From contig OZ024744.1 in NCBI GenBank assembly GCA_964016885.1, positions 17,112,001 to 17,176,000 on the forward strand: a DNA stretch of 64,000 bases. Direction: 5' to 3'. Of the stretch, positions 1 through 14,747 are shown piece by piece; position 1 is the stretch's first letter; each line of letters opens with the position of its first letter. The stretch comes from Eledone cirrhosa. Its lineage: Eukaryota. The notes beneath the pieces are model-generated. The model did not search any database, was not told the DNA's origin, and saw only the letters and a program-made list of their open reading frames with translations. The position numbers and the translations under genes were made by a program.

Positions 1-360
1 CTTTCAACAATCTGGCAGGAAGGTATACGTTGCTGACGATAGCTAATAAGCTTAAAACTACTACAGCGTTCCTTTGTCAAACAGTTTCCTTTGTCAAACA
101 GCGTTCCTTTGTCAAACAAGCAACGGTGGTTGCTAGACACTACGGTTTAATACGGGATGTTTGTTTACAAACACACCGAGCATTATAATAAATCTTTGGT
201 GAATCCATACGTACATACATATATGTGTGCATGTATGTATATATATATACATACTACTGTACGTCTGTATACAAATATGTATGTACGTATACATACTTAT
301 ATTTAAGTAACAGCCGTACTAAGAGTGAGAAATGAAATTTCGTTTCATTTTTTTCCGTTT
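1..360 (+). mobile_element. Diverged partial copy of the 480-bp HHR repeat unit (see 33796-38820), with a decayed HHR at about 27-70
   Basis: Shares tctggcag...gctgacgatagctaataagctt, gtttgtttacaaac and actaagagtgagaaatgaaatttcgttt with the array unit; GAAA is mutated to AAAA. Confidence 0.8.
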
Positions 361-420
361 ATATATATATATATATAAATTTGAATTGGTGTTTTGAAAT
401 AGCGATATATATATATGAAT

Positions 421-708
421 GTATATATAGTGGTATTTTGCAATACACTGTATGCTTAATTAAAAGCATTTTGAAAACCTTACGCTATTGTTTTTAAGTA
501 GTTTTTCGAAATATATACTTCTGCGTTTACAGATTGATTTTTTTTAGTTTCAGAAGATCTCGATGAGGGTGATACCAGCGATTGTTTCCTTAAACTTTAA
601 TCTTTTATTTTTATAAATATTTGCGCTACGCTTCCTATATAGTTGATATATATTTATCCATATCGAGCCCTCTTTGGATTTTAGTCTTCGAATTTATTAT
701 TATTACTA

Positions 709-710
<2 letters not shown>
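421..710 (+). mobile_element. Family D PLE pseudo-LTR/3' end with degenerate HHR-like motif (546-596)
   Basis: Reverse-complement homologue of 21858-22069; related copies at 9357-9575, 14421-14530 and 38900-38975; ends ttactata running into (TA)n. Confidence 0.7.
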
Positions 711-766
<56 letters not shown>

Positions 767-769
<3 letters not shown>

Positions 770-1382
770 CGTCTCTAAATTTGTTTAGCTAGATTCTTTA
801 TCTGAAAACGTATGTTGAAGCCGATATTGTTATACTTTGGGAGGGTCATGTTGCCAATAAGAAATACACGCACCAGGTGATTTCATTCCAATTAAATTAA
901 ATTTATAAATTTAAGAATTTATAAATTGCCGGTTGGTTGGGTCCACAACCGGACGATTGTTCATATATTGTCAAAGTTCTTTCGTCACACGTTCTGTGAC
1001 CTCTTCAGTGCCTGGTGATTCTTTTCTTTGTTTTTGTGCTTGACCTTTGTTCTGTCCTACGCCATATTGTTTTTGTGTGTGTTGTGTGCTTAGTTTGCGC
1101 ATGTGTTACATCGGAGTGTCTGTGTGTGTTTATATTTTTTTATTTATTTGTTTATTTACATGTTACAGGTTGGTTGTTTGTTCTATGTGTGTGTTTTCAT
1201 TTTGTCCTTAATTGTAAGTTGTGATGTTGCTATTCCATTTATGTTTTCTATTTAATATTGGAACCAACCAACCAACCGGAAATTTATAAATTCTTAAATA
1301 TATAAATTTAATTTAAAATAAATTGGAGTTGAAGCCTCAGGTGCGTGTGTTTCTTATTGGCAGCATGACTCTTCCAAAGCAT

Positions 1383-1389
<7 letters not shown>
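767..1389. mobile_element. Family B PLE 3'-end palindrome (minus arm 767-1260 with tail, plus arm 1260-1389)
   Basis: Homologous to 2780-3342 and 58480-58955; HHR on minus at about 970-1012; (TA)n on both sides. Confidence 0.85.
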
Positions 1390-1476
<87 letters not shown>

Positions 1477-1477
1477 T

Positions 1478-1525
<48 letters not shown>

Positions 1526-1528
1526 TAC

Positions 1529-1585
<57 letters not shown>

Positions 1586-1610
1586 TATATTTGTATATAT
1601 ATATATATAT

Positions 1611-1692
<82 letters not shown>

Positions 1693-1719
1693 ATATATAT
1701 ATGTATATATATATATAAA

Positions 1720-1768
<49 letters not shown>
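1388..1768. repeat. (TA)n microsatellite, representative of dozens of tracts separating the insertions
   Basis: Directly visible; mixed TA/TG fields also at 47293-47900, 50334-51330, 60140-60805 and 62195-62585. Confidence 0.98.
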
Positions 1769-1770
<2 letters not shown>

Positions 1771-2197
1771 CGAAGGAAATGTGGTAAGGAACCAGGTGGA
1801 CCATAACGCACCAAAGTACTCAATACTTAGGGTAGTAGAGCGGGTAATAGGAACCAGTAAGACCCCGACGGCTGAGCTCAAGCCGTTTCGACGGCTATTT
1901 CTGGACTAAATGAAAATTTATCCTGGTATTTAAATAGCCGAGCTTCTCAAGGGGTAATTCCATATATGGTCAAAGTGATTGTCACAAGGATTGGTCACAA
2001 GTTAGTAGTAATTCTGTGATGGCAAATTAGTGGGGGAAGGGATAGCTAAACCTGCCAGTAGGAGAAAAAGGGGAGGGGGTGGGGTAGACCCATTCATGCG
2101 TTGGTAGTGCAGGCTACAGCTGGGCGTGAGGTCAAAGAAGATACTAGGGAGGAGGAGGGGGAGGAAGTCGAAACGGTAAGTAGTATCTTCTTTGACC
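1768..2197 (-). mobile_element. Family C element, longest copy in the window (3' region with complete HHR)
   Basis: 1768-1910 matches six short palindromes elsewhere in the window; its 3' end faces left into (TA)n. Confidence 0.8.
1862..1955 (-). ncRNA. Type I hammerhead ribozyme, U3-A8 core variant with long stem II
   Basis: Minus strand reads acccc TTGAGAA gctcggctattt...aaatagccgtc GAAA cggct-tgagctc-agccg TC ggggt. Confidence 0.75.
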
Positions 2198-3463
<1,266 letters not shown>

Positions 3464-3483
3464 GTGTATGTATATATATATAT

Positions 3484-3675
3484 AACGAAGGAAATGTGGT
3501 AAGGAACCAGGTGGACCATAACGCACCAAAGTACTCAATACTTAGGGTAGTAGAGTGGGTAATATCAACCAGTAAGACCCCGACAGCTGAGCTCAAGCCG
3601 TTACGACGGCTAATCGTTGAGAATTAGCCGTCGAAACGGCTTGAGCTCAGCCGTCGGGGTCTTACTGGTTCCTAT
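3484..3675. mobile_element. Family C mini-palindrome (inverted pair of 3' ends)
   Basis: ggaaccagtaagaccccgac-type arm followed by gaattagccgtc...ggttcctata; flanked by (TA)n. Confidence 0.85.
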
Positions 3676-3695
3676 ATATATATATATATATATAT

Positions 3696-5306
3696 AATAT
3701 AAGATCAAAAGATGGTTAAAGGAGTTCAATATATTTTATTATGCGCATTTCAAAAACAAACATCATCAAACAATAATATTTGTGTTTTCATCAGATAAAA
3801 CAGGAGAACATGATATGAAGGCTAAAAAAACACTTGTTGATAGTGCAGTTTTAAATCAACATATGAAAAGTGGTTTTAGATTGATGTGTGATATTGGGAA
3901 AAATATTTTATTTAGAGAGGGGGGGAGAGAAAAGGATGAAAAGGGAAGGAGATGAGAGGGAGAGATGGGTGATAGAGAGAAAGAGATGGTTTTTATAACA
4001 GAGAGGAGATATATTTTATATAGAGGGGTTGAAAACCGTTGGAAGATACTGTATAAATTAAAAATTTTGAAAATTAACGAAGGGAGGATATGTGCGAGGA
4101 AAAAATATATATTATATTTAGGGAGGGGTGGGGGTGGAAAGGATGAAAAAAAGGGGAGGAGATGAGAGTGAAGGTGGAAAGGGAGAGATGGGTGATAGAG
4201 AGAAAGAGATAGTTTTTATAACTGAGAAAAAGATATAATGTTTTAATATAGAGAGGTTGGGAACCGTTGGAAGATAATGTATAAATTAAAGGAATTTGAA
4301 AATTAACGAAGGGAAATTATGTATGGAGATAGAGAGAAAAAAATAACGAAGGGAGATTATGTATGGAGATAGAGAGAAAAAAAAAAAAAAAAAAAAAAAA
4401 AATAATAATTGTGGGTGAATATTCAAAAGGAGAAATGTAGGAATCTTAAAATTAGCAAAGAGAAAATGTTTATGTATAGGATTTGAGAAAAGTAATGTGA
4501 AGTTAAAGTTTTTATATTGAATTCATATGTATTAATAATGAGTTCGTTGATGGGGAGAAAAAAATAATAATAATAAATTAAGGATGAAATTGAGATTAAA
4601 AAGATTTATGATAGAGAGAAAAAATAATAATGATTGCGGATGAATACTCAAAATGTCAAAAACAAATGTTATTGTTTTACGAAGAGATATAATGAGGGTG
4701 ATGAGTAAACGGGTATTATAGAGTGTATAATGCCCTTTAAAGTAAGGTAGATGGGTATATTTTAAAGAATATATGAGTATATATTAAAAAAATATATATA
4801 ATAATAAATTAAGGATGAAATTGAGATTAAAAAGATTTATGATAGAGGGAAAAAAAATAATGATTGCGGATGAATATTCAAAATGTCAAAAACAAATGTT
4901 ATTGTTTTACGAGAAGATAGGATGAGGTAAATGAATAAACGAGTACTATAGAGTGTATAATGCCCTTTAAAGTAAGGTAGATGGGTATATTTTAAAGAGG
5001 TGTATGTATATGTGCCTTTGAGAAAAGATTCTAAATTGATAAAGAATTGAATATTAACTGTATACTTTGTGAAAAGTTCTATGGAATTTATGAAGGCAGA
5101 TGGAAAACAAATCCGAGCGTCTATTTATTATGGATTCTAGGTTAGAGATAATGGTAAATTTTGAAATGCGCATAATAAAATATATTGAACTCCTTTAACC
5201 ATCTTTTGATCTTATATTATGCATACTCCAGTCCCACAAACTGTAGAGTGCTTCTTATCCGATATCTGCATTGCTTTATTGTACTACAATAAAACTCACC
5301 TCCTAC
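3696..5306. mobile_element. Family F (Hydra-like PLE) two-armed insertion: minus arm 3696-5160 (EN C-terminus plus 3' UTR), plus arm 5160-5306 with tail
   Basis: Nearly identical to 47901-50333 in the opposite orientation; HHR at 3734-3800 (-). Confidence 0.88.
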
Positions 5307-5342
5307 ATATATATATATATATATATATACGTATACATATAT

Positions 5343-5411
<69 letters not shown>

Positions 5412-5569
5412 CAAGATGTATGGTAGGTCGTATGATACGCCTAGATGTATGGTACGCCTGACCTTCCAAATATGCGACGGTAGCTAGTTAAGCTCTATGC
5501 GTATAAGCAGAGCAGAAATATTAATGAAAAAGAACAAAGGAACTATTATGACATTATAACAATTTTATT

Positions 5570-5614
5570 GCCGACAGCCATTTCGTCCGACCATATGGTG
5601 GGACTTTTCAAGGC
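5570..5614 (-). ncRNA. Type I HHR, U3-A8 core variant
   Basis: Minus strand reads gcc TTGAAAA gtcc-caccatatggtc-ggac GAAA tggctg TC ggc. Confidence 0.7.
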
Positions 5615-8477
5615 ATATAACATGTGATTATAAGTTCATTATTTACATCAACTTTTCACTCAAGATTAGCAGTTTGAAATTGTGGTATACATCAACAGCT
5701 CCGTTTGTATATTTAGGGTCTATATTCTAAGGGGGTTCTTTTATATTAGTTGTAGGAGTTGTAAAAGGGATGAGTTATAGGGAGTTAAGAGAATTTGAAA
5801 AGGGCCTAAGAGTCAGGGATTGAAGGTTAAAAATTAGAGAATTTATAATTTACGCATTAAAAGTAAAAGACTTGGGATCTCGTAGAAGCACCTTAAAATA
5901 TCTTTCAATAAGTGCATAAAGCTTATAAGCCCAAATAAACCTAACAAATCAGAAGAGATTAAGAGACTGAAAAAATAAAAAAATAATAATAAAATAATTT
6001 AAAAAATAAAAATATAAAGTTTCCTAAAAAAATATAAAGTTTCCTAAATAATTCCTTCAAAAGAAAAAAATTTTTTCTAAGAGATCACGTTAAAACATTT
6101 CAGAAAATTTACGAAGTTTTGATAATCCCTACTAAAGTTCTAAACGCAGAAATTAAAAATTAAAAATTAAAAATTAGGGAAAAGTGCTTTCAATAAGTTT
6201 TAACAGGTTAATAAAGTTAATGATTTAGGGAGTACATATTATAAATATTAAGATTTAATTTAGGATTTGAATTTTAAGAGTTCCAAACCCCGAAATTAAA
6301 AAATTTAATGAATTTAAAAAATTTAATGAATTTAAGATTAAGCAATCTTATATATCCATGATCAAAAATTAACGATTAAGGGGTTGAACATTAAATTTAA
6401 TTTTAAAAATTAAGAAATAAATAGTTGAAAGAAACTAATCAATTAAAGGTTAATTCAAAAAGCCTTCAAAAAATCCCTCAGAAAAGGCGCCTTAAATATT
6501 TTTTAATAAGAACCTCTTCCGAAAGACCCTTCAAAGAATTAAAATTTTAGAGAGCCTTTAAAGATATATATAAACGAATTGTGGAAAATTACAAATTAAA
6601 AGTTAAAAATTACGAGATTTGGGAGATCCGAGGAATTTTCAAAGGGCTGCCTCAACAGATACAACTTAGGTATAATAGATAAAATAATTTAAGTAATTTA
6701 AGTAATCTAATTAGGGAGCAATTCAAAGAGCTTATCAAGTTGGGCAATATTAAAGAAAATGATAAGTATGAAAATACATAAGCAAAAAGACAATAATTAT
6801 AAAATGTCTTTTTAGGAAGGTATAAGATAGCTTCAGTAATTTAATAATGTACTATCAAAAAATTATTATAAAATTATTGATACAGGATTAACAAAGACAT
6901 AATAATATATTCCTGCCTAATTAACAACCAATCAATAAACAATTAACAGTCAAGCAAAATTTGCTCAGGGATATCCCACGCTCGGATACTTTACACACAT
7001 ACAGCAACACATAGGATTAACAAAGACATAATGGTATATTCCTGCCTAATTAACAAACAATCAATAAACAATTAATAGTCAAGTAAATTTACTCAGGGAT
7101 ATCCCACGCACGGATACTTTACACACATATAGCAAGATGAACAATACAGGTGACCTTGTGGGTGCGATATCCATTGTGCGCATGTACTCATCTGCATAAC
7201 TCCAGGCACAGTTGGTCTTGTTTAAAAGTTCAAAGTTCCCGAATCAACTGGGATTCACTATCAGCTGTGTGGACTCTCTGGGAAATGTACCTGTGGATCA
7301 AATAGCTAGTGGTCGCTGGGTGTGGTCCGTTCGATCTTTTAGTTTCGGGTTTGCACGCGTTTGCGATAGATCAGCCTGCCGGTTCTAAATCCAAGGTCTC
7401 GCTGTATAGGATGTATTGGTCTACATGATATATTGGTAAACAAATTCCAGTATGGATTTGACTGGGGTGGTATATTGCGTCTCTCGCTAATATCCCCTCC
7501 TCTCACGAACTCCAAGCACACAGGCGACTGGTCAAATGCTAAGGGCTGTCCCCTCTTTGTTTGTTGTAGGGGTCGGTTCTAGCTTAGATGGTGGTCGTGT
7601 TATCCATATTCCGTCAGCCATGCATATTCAAGACAGATCAGGGTATATATTTGCGGGTATGGTCCGGCGTCTACGCTATCCAAAGGGTCTCTCTTGTGGT
7701 ATTTTCAAATTCGCATGTCATCTCCCGGTTAAGACTGCGCATGCTTCGGTGAATCTCGTGCATGGAATCTTGGGGTAGCATATTACACGGGGTGACTAGC
7801 AGAAAATATATATTCCATACTATCGCGCACGCGCTGGCCTGTGGCTACGACCATGTCCAGTCTCGGGTAGTAGCAGACAGCAGGTAGACCAGCTAGACAT
7901 ACCCCCGCTCAAGGGGCACAACCCCTAACTTATCGAGTGGTCAGACATCAAGGGAGTCAACTCTCCAAGCCCATTATGTCAACCGTGGTAATATACAAAA
8001 AAATCCCTATTAATAAAGAACTAAATAAAAAAACCACTAATAATAAAGAACTAACTCAAAAGAAATTAATAGGGGAGAATGGGGAGGGGCATCTATTTGG
8101 GCGGGGGTTTACTAGAGGAGGGGGAGTTTGATTGGTTATAGGCAGGGAGCGGCCGCCATATTGGGTGTTCTGCTACTGTTTCCTTGGGCAAATTCCCGAA
8201 TTTGTTGATATACATCTCCGACGGCACCTCCCCAGACCAGTCAACGTGGGTCCAGGCACTCGCAATGTCCCACACCGCAGGCATCAGCTGCCCCCAGGGC
8301 GCCCAGCAACAATGCTGCCACCAATCCCAAGTTGGCAAGTGAGACACAGGGTCGACTGTTTCTCACCAGAGTCCCCATCGGCAATCGGGGAGCCGAGGCA
8401 TCAATGTGGCCGGGGTTACTCAAGAGCACCCTATTCGCCAGCGGGGCAGCCATGTGCGGGACAGGGTGGGGTCAGGG

Positions 8478-9258
8478 TTAGGTGTCCGGTCTGAAGAAAA
8501 AGAAAGAGCTAAGTATAGTATGGGTGCAGGACGAGAAGATCTCTGACCTCCTGTTGAGCAAGTTGAGTCCTGAGAATACTATGGCATGAGATTCAGATAG
8601 GCACAGGCTACAAAACCTGCTCAACGAGTTATATGGAGGAGCTTTAGTAAGGTATCTCCAGCTTAGTGTGTAGGGGTTTTTTGCTTGTTTTAAGTTAGGT
8701 ATGTGTCCCGCTAACGACGTGGTATTTTTAAGCTTCTCATTTCGGAAGCTATTCTGGTGGGCGTTGAATCTCGTCTTGAACTGGTTAGCGGTTGACCCCA
8801 CATACGTCTTAGTATACGTGTCTGTGGTTACGTTACAAGCATATACTACGTTCCTAATAAGGCAGTGTCCAGCTAGTGGGCATTTGTCCTTCCGTCTGCA
8901 ATTACACTTTCTAATAGGGTCATGTTCCTCAATCAGAAGTGCATGTCCCTCCAAGCGGCCGCGGGGTTGCCTAGTGGGACCGGTTCTATTGCCTATTATC
9001 CCCCTGGGTCTTTCACTCAGTGGGTCGGTCCCATGTTGTCGTGTGTACTGGCATGGTTCACTATTTCGGATGGCCTTAAGTCCCTCTTTAATCATACTCT
9101 TATTGGTCTTAGCTAGGTGGGAGGCCAGATTAGGGGTTGTCGAGTACGATAGTTTGATAGTATTCTTATTGATGACACTACCGTACCTACTACCTGGGGG
9201 GAAGGTCCTATCTATTAAAGAGAAAAAAGATTTGGGGAAGTCTGTAGTTATATTAGAG
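8478..9258 (-). pseudogene. PLE linker plus GIY-YIG endonuclease (5'-truncated)
   Basis: CNCRRKDKCPLAGHCL..NVVYAC..TYVGST..FKTRFNAH..CSLCLSE..LNRRSE. Confidence 0.9.
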
Positions 9259-9282
9259 TAATAGTTCCTTTGTTCTTTTTCA

Positions 9283-9356
<74 letters not shown>

Positions 9357-9361
<5 letters not shown>

Positions 9362-9575
9362 ATAATAATAAATTTGAAGACTAAAATCCAAAGAGGGCTC
9401 GATAAGGATAAATAAATATAAATTATATAGGAACCGTAGTGCAAATATTTATTAAAATAAAAGATTACTTTCAACCTGAACGAGATCTTCTGAAACTGTT
9501 TCAGAACATCCCGTTAAGTGTGGAACCAGCGATACTTTGCTTAAATTTTAATCTGTTATTTTAATAAATAATTAT
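9357..9575. mobile_element. Family D short palindrome
   Basis: Minus arm with tail (9357-9497) and plus arm ending ttaataaata; centre ctgaaac-t-gtttcag. Confidence 0.75.
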
Positions 9576-9585
9576 ATATATATAC

Positions 9586-9674
<89 letters not shown>

Positions 9675-9682
9675 TATGTGTG

Positions 9683-9744
<62 letters not shown>

Positions 9745-9775
9745 ATATATGTAGGAGGTGAGTTTTATTGTAGTA

Positions 9776-10666
9776 CCTAGATACAAAAACATAATCTGGT
9801 ATAATGCTCCTTTCTCCATCTCTATTAATAATAATATTCCTAAATTATTCTTTAGTGCCTTAAATAAATGCTTCCCTCCCTCACATATCTATAGTAAAAT
9901 ATTTAACAAACACACTATAAAATTCTCCTATTCGACCTCCTCCAACATCTCCAACATTATCTCTAAACACAACAATAAAATATTAAATACTAAATCTCTT
10001 CCTTCCAACACTGAATATCATAATAATAGTAATAGTACTCCCAACGTCATTGTTTACTCTAGGCTAATTTCTGCAAACCCAAATACAACGTCAAACGCAA
10101 CTTCGCTAAATGTTCTTAATCCCATTCTAAATCAAGAAACTATTATTCCTATCGCAAATAACTTCTCCAATCCAATCTCTTCTATAGATAACACTAGGTC
10201 ACTTGTTAATAACTCTGTTAATCTCTCTAATCGCAATTGCAATTGCCCTGTTAAAAATAAATGTCCTCTCAACAACCATTGTCTTAAAAAAAACTTAATC
10301 TACGAATGTAAAGTTATAAGTGACACCAATTCCTTTACCTATTTTGGCTCCACTTCCACCTCCTTTAAAGCTCGTCTTTATAATCATCATTCGTCTTTTA
10401 AATACCAACTTAAAAGAACCAACACGGCACTCTCAGAACTCAAATGGTCCTTGAAAGACAAAAATATTAACTATAACATCTCTTGGAAGAAGGTTTCTTC
10501 TGCTTTACCATACTTGAACAGTTCTCTATCCAAGACATGCAATCTCTGTTTATGTGAAAAATTTACCATTATATCTAATTTATATTCTATAATAAATAGT
10601 CGCACTGACTTGTTTTCTCTCTGCTTGCATAAATTCCACAGAACATTCCATAAAGTATACAGCTAA
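9776..10666 (+). pseudogene. PLE post-RT linker plus GIY-YIG endonuclease
   Basis: [73 protein letters not shown]. Confidence 0.9.
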
Positions 10667-11644
10667 TATCTAATACTTTACCAATTTAAAATCCTTTTCT
10701 CAAAGGCACATATATAAATATACATATATATTTCTTTAAAAATATACCCACCTTTCTACCTTATTTCAATGTTATTTATTATACATTATATAATACTAGT
10801 TACTCATTCTATTTCACTCCTATTTATCAGTTCCCTTTCTTTCTTTTTCCTTCTTTCTTTTCTTTTCTCTTTCTTTTAATTTCTAACCTCTAATCTGTAC
10901 CTTTTCTTCCTAGATACTTCTCAATTATCATTGTGCCTAACGTAGTAACAATTATTACACAGCACAATATATTCTTACTTTATATCACCTTAAAAAAATC
11001 CTTCGTAAACAAACATTTTTTTGACGTTAGATTATTCATCCTCAATTCATTATTTTTTCTCCCTTTCATGCTCATCTAACTTATACATATTACACTTATT
11101 CATCCTATCTTCAACTTCTTTCACAATATATCCTTAATTACATTAATATTGCTATATTTTTATATTTTTTAATAATACATATCAACAATTTCTTTCCATC
11201 GCAGATATTATTAAGCCCTTAAATATTATTCTTAATACATATTAACAATTTCTTTTCATTGCACATATTATTAAACCCTTAAATATACAAACCTTAATTT
11301 AACATTATTCTAAAATTTTTCTCTTCGTTAATTTCAAATTCTTTTAATTTATATATTATCTTCCAACGGTTTTTCAACCTCTCTATGTAAAACAATATAT
11401 TTTTCTCAGTTATGAAAGCAATCTCTCTCTCTCTATCACCCATCTCCCCTCCTATCTCATCCTTCCTCATTATACTCCTCCCCCTCCACTTTTTACTCTC
11501 ATCTTCTCCTCTTTTAAATCCTTTCACCCCCCCCCCCTCAATTTTTTCCCAATATCACGCATCAATCTAAAACTACTTTTCATATGTTGATTTAAAACTG
11601 CACTATTCACAAGTGTGTTTTAACCTTCATATCATGTCTCCCTA

Positions 11645-11711
11645 TTTTATCTGACGAAAACGCAAATGTTATTGCATGATGATATTTGTTTTTGAAATGC
11701 GCATAATAAAA
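11645..11711 (+). ncRNA. Type I HHR of family F; copies at 50228-50294 (+), 3734-3800 (-) and 48026-48092 (-)
   Basis: ttttat CTGACGA aaacgcaaatgtta...tgatatttgtttt GAAA tgcgca TA ataaaa; palindromic stem III; N7 is C or T between copies. Confidence 0.75.
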
Positions 11712-11753
11712 TACATGGAACTCTTTTAACAATCTTTTGATCTTATATATTAT

Positions 11754-11837
<84 letters not shown>

Positions 11838-11844
<7 letters not shown>

Positions 11845-12556
11845 AGGTGTATTATTGGTTGTGTCATTCGGTCCAATAAACTTTTGTTAGCAATATTAAG
11901 TTCTCCACGCTTTTGTATATCTCAAATTCCATTTATGGGACCAGCTAGATGATGTAAAACGGAGTATTTGTATCAAAATAAAGATCCGAAGGCATAGTAT
12001 AAATTTCCAATCATTTTAATCACGACACATGTTTCAATAAGAGATCGATCGATCGTGTGGCCATGATCGATTATCATTGAACTCCTCAGGTGAAAATGAA
12101 TTGTCTTCAAATCCTTGATATGATGGAGAAAATTTAACGATGTTCACTCACTAAAGTTTTGTCTCCCATATGAAGATTAACCAACAAAAACACGTCGTCT
12201 GCTATCGTCTTCAGTTACGGTTATAAAACTATCAAGTCTCTATCTCTCAATAGCTGTAAAAGACGCTGGACGGGTCTAATCTCAACATCAAATCTGTAGA
12301 ATTACAGTCGGTCCAAGTTAGTGTGAGTGAGTACACACACACTCACACACACCGATGCGAGGTCAAAGAAAACAAATATATATACCAACACAGTATTCAC
12401 CGAAAGTTAGGTTACAAAACAACAAATGTTATATCGGTGGTCAAATCTCAATTTGACTATGTAAATTGGAAAAATTGGTTCAACCGCCACCCGATACAAA
12501 CGCAAGTAAATTCCGTTCAATGTTCTTCTATACGTGTATCGATTGAATTGTAATAT

Positions 12557-12560
<4 letters not shown>
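11838..12560 (-). mobile_element. Family E ~700-bp non-coding element with HHR (12020-12093)
   Basis: Three copies with the same ends (also 23430-24140 and 43500-44190), all bounded by (TA)n. Confidence 0.8.
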
Positions 12561-12631
<71 letters not shown>

Positions 12632-12747
12632 TGCCAGTACCGGTTGTATCTCAGCGCACTCAATGGGCAATGTAAGATACATTACCAGAGTATACACATA
12701 GTTATTTGCCTCAACACAACACACGTAAATCGGGTGCCTATAAGGTT

Positions 12748-12857
12748 CCCAGACACGAGTTTCTGCAGCTCTAATGCAGGTTTAAGGTGCACTGCACCAT
12801 CTTTCTGCATGTATAATGCAACAATGCACAATCGGCTTATGCTGCTTCATCAACGGG
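12748..12857 (-). ncRNA. Type I HHR-like motif with ~70-nt stem II insertion, inside TA-bounded fragment 12629-13020
   Basis: Minus strand reads cccg TTGATGA a gcagc...gctgc a GAAA ctcgtg TC tggg. Confidence 0.6.
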
Positions 12858-13017
12858 TATCGCCTAATCAATAACCAATCGATCGACATAATCCAAACAT
12901 CGGCCCGCGCCGGTAAAGCGATTAACTGGCAACAGATAGGACTCTATCTCTCAACTAGACACTGATTTATAAATTTTACGTGGGGACGGGAAGCTAAAAA
13001 TAATCAATCTATTAGTT

Positions 13018-13378
<361 letters not shown>

Positions 13379-13382
<4 letters not shown>

Positions 13383-13878
13383 CATTTTTTTTTAAAGAAA
13401 ATTTTCGCTCTACATGGCTGAATACAATAAATGAAATCTGAGCTTTTCGAATATTCATAATAACATTCGATTCGTTTGCAATTATGCAAACAAGCCTCAA
13501 TTTTATAGCCATGTCAGTAGAATGAACACTTCATTCTTGCTATTGTGTTGGCATGTGAACAGAACTGCAGACACTAATATTTCTGGGTATCAACCTTCAT
13601 CAGTACAGCTCACTGTTCACCTGCCAAACTGTCAGAGCTTGTGAAAATATATGCTATTTTCAAAAATACACAGTGACTGGTAGGTGAACAGTAAGCTGTA
13701 CTGATGAAGGGTGATACCCAGAAATATTAGTGTCTGCAGTTCTGTTCAGATGCCAACACAAGAACAAGAATGAAGTGTTCATTCTACTGACATGGCTATA
13801 ACATTGATGGTTGTTTGCATAATTGCAAACGAATCGAATGTAATTAGTAATATTCGAAAAACACAGATAACATTTAAT
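13379..13878. mobile_element. Family I non-coding palindrome with two outward-facing HHRs (13564-13609 -, 13695-13740 +)
   Basis: gctgta CTGATGA a ggg-tgata-ccc a GAAA tattagtg TC tgcagt; second copy at 41735-42230. Confidence 0.8.
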
Positions 13879-13920
13879 ATATATATATATATATATTTAT
13901 TCCATTACGTAAGTGTTCAC

Positions 13921-13981
<61 letters not shown>

Positions 13982-13986
13982 TACAT

Positions 13987-14302
13987 ATGTGAAAAGTTGC
14001 GTAATGGAATAATTATATTGTGTTGCAACAAACAGAGCAAGCCATTTTTCATTCATATATGCTTTTCCCCTTCGCTGTGACCTGTTTTTTTATCTTCCCT
14101 TACTGATATCCTTTTTTCTCTCTCCCCCTTCTCTCTCCTTCTCCCTCTTACTTTCATCCTCTCCCTCTGCTAGTCATTCTCTCTCGGCTAGCTTCTTCCT
14201 CACATTTTCACTCACTCACTCTCTGCTACTCACCCTTTCTCACTTCCTCCAACGTCCGGCACCGTGTGAAATTCTTTTCTCACTCACTTTTCGCAATGTA
14301 CA
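13987..14302. repeat. Family J fragment (inverted homologue of 41060-41360)
   Basis: Direct sequence match in the opposite orientation. Confidence 0.75.
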
Positions 14303-14339
14303 TATGTATATCTATATATATATATAATGATATATATAA

Positions 14340-14420
<81 letters not shown>

Positions 14421-14425
<5 letters not shown>

Positions 14426-14530
14426 TAAAATAACAGATTAAAGTTTAAGGAAAGAATCGCTGCTTTCACCCTTAACGGGATATTCTGAAACTAACAAAGT
14501 CAATCTGTGAACGCAGAAGTGAATATTTCA
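14421..14530 (-). mobile_element. Family D pseudo-LTR (direct repeat of 21954-22063)
   Basis: Shared aaagaatcgctgctttcacccttaacgggatattctgaaactaacaaagtcaatctgtgaacgcagaa. Confidence 0.8.
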
Positions 14531-14670
14531 TATAGATTGCATTTTTGTTTTTTAAAATCCAATGTCAATAAATACGCCAGGATTTTTTCATTCTGATGAT
14601 TGAAAGCAACATTCTTTTGGTTTTAAGAAACCACTGGTAAAAGAAATAATTGCCTTATGTTGTTTATTAC

Positions 14671-14747
<77 letters not shown>

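Larger units (their letters stand above)
5408..9287 (-). mobile_element. 5'-truncated Hydra-like PLE with ~3-kb 3' UTR and a 30-bp inverted end piece (9259-9287 = reverse complement of 5519-5548)
   Basis: EN coding at 8478-9258, HHR at 5570-5614, (TA)n on both flanks. Confidence 0.82.
9751..11750 (+). mobile_element. Family F-related Hydra-like PLE, 5'-truncated, with a 26-bp inverted tail tip at 9751-9776
   Basis: gtaggaggtgagttttattgtagtac is the reverse complement of the F tail; EN ORF present; HHR at 11645-11711. Confidence 0.88.

Noticed and set aside
3484-3675. Family C hairpins as Tc1/mariner-type MITEs with TA target duplication
   Set aside because: The arms are unequal, centres differ between copies, and the sequence is the 3' end of a longer HHR-bearing element.
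7339-8494. Short ORFs in the GC-richer block
   Set aside because: They overlap on both strands, carry no motifs, and are expected by chance at this GC content.
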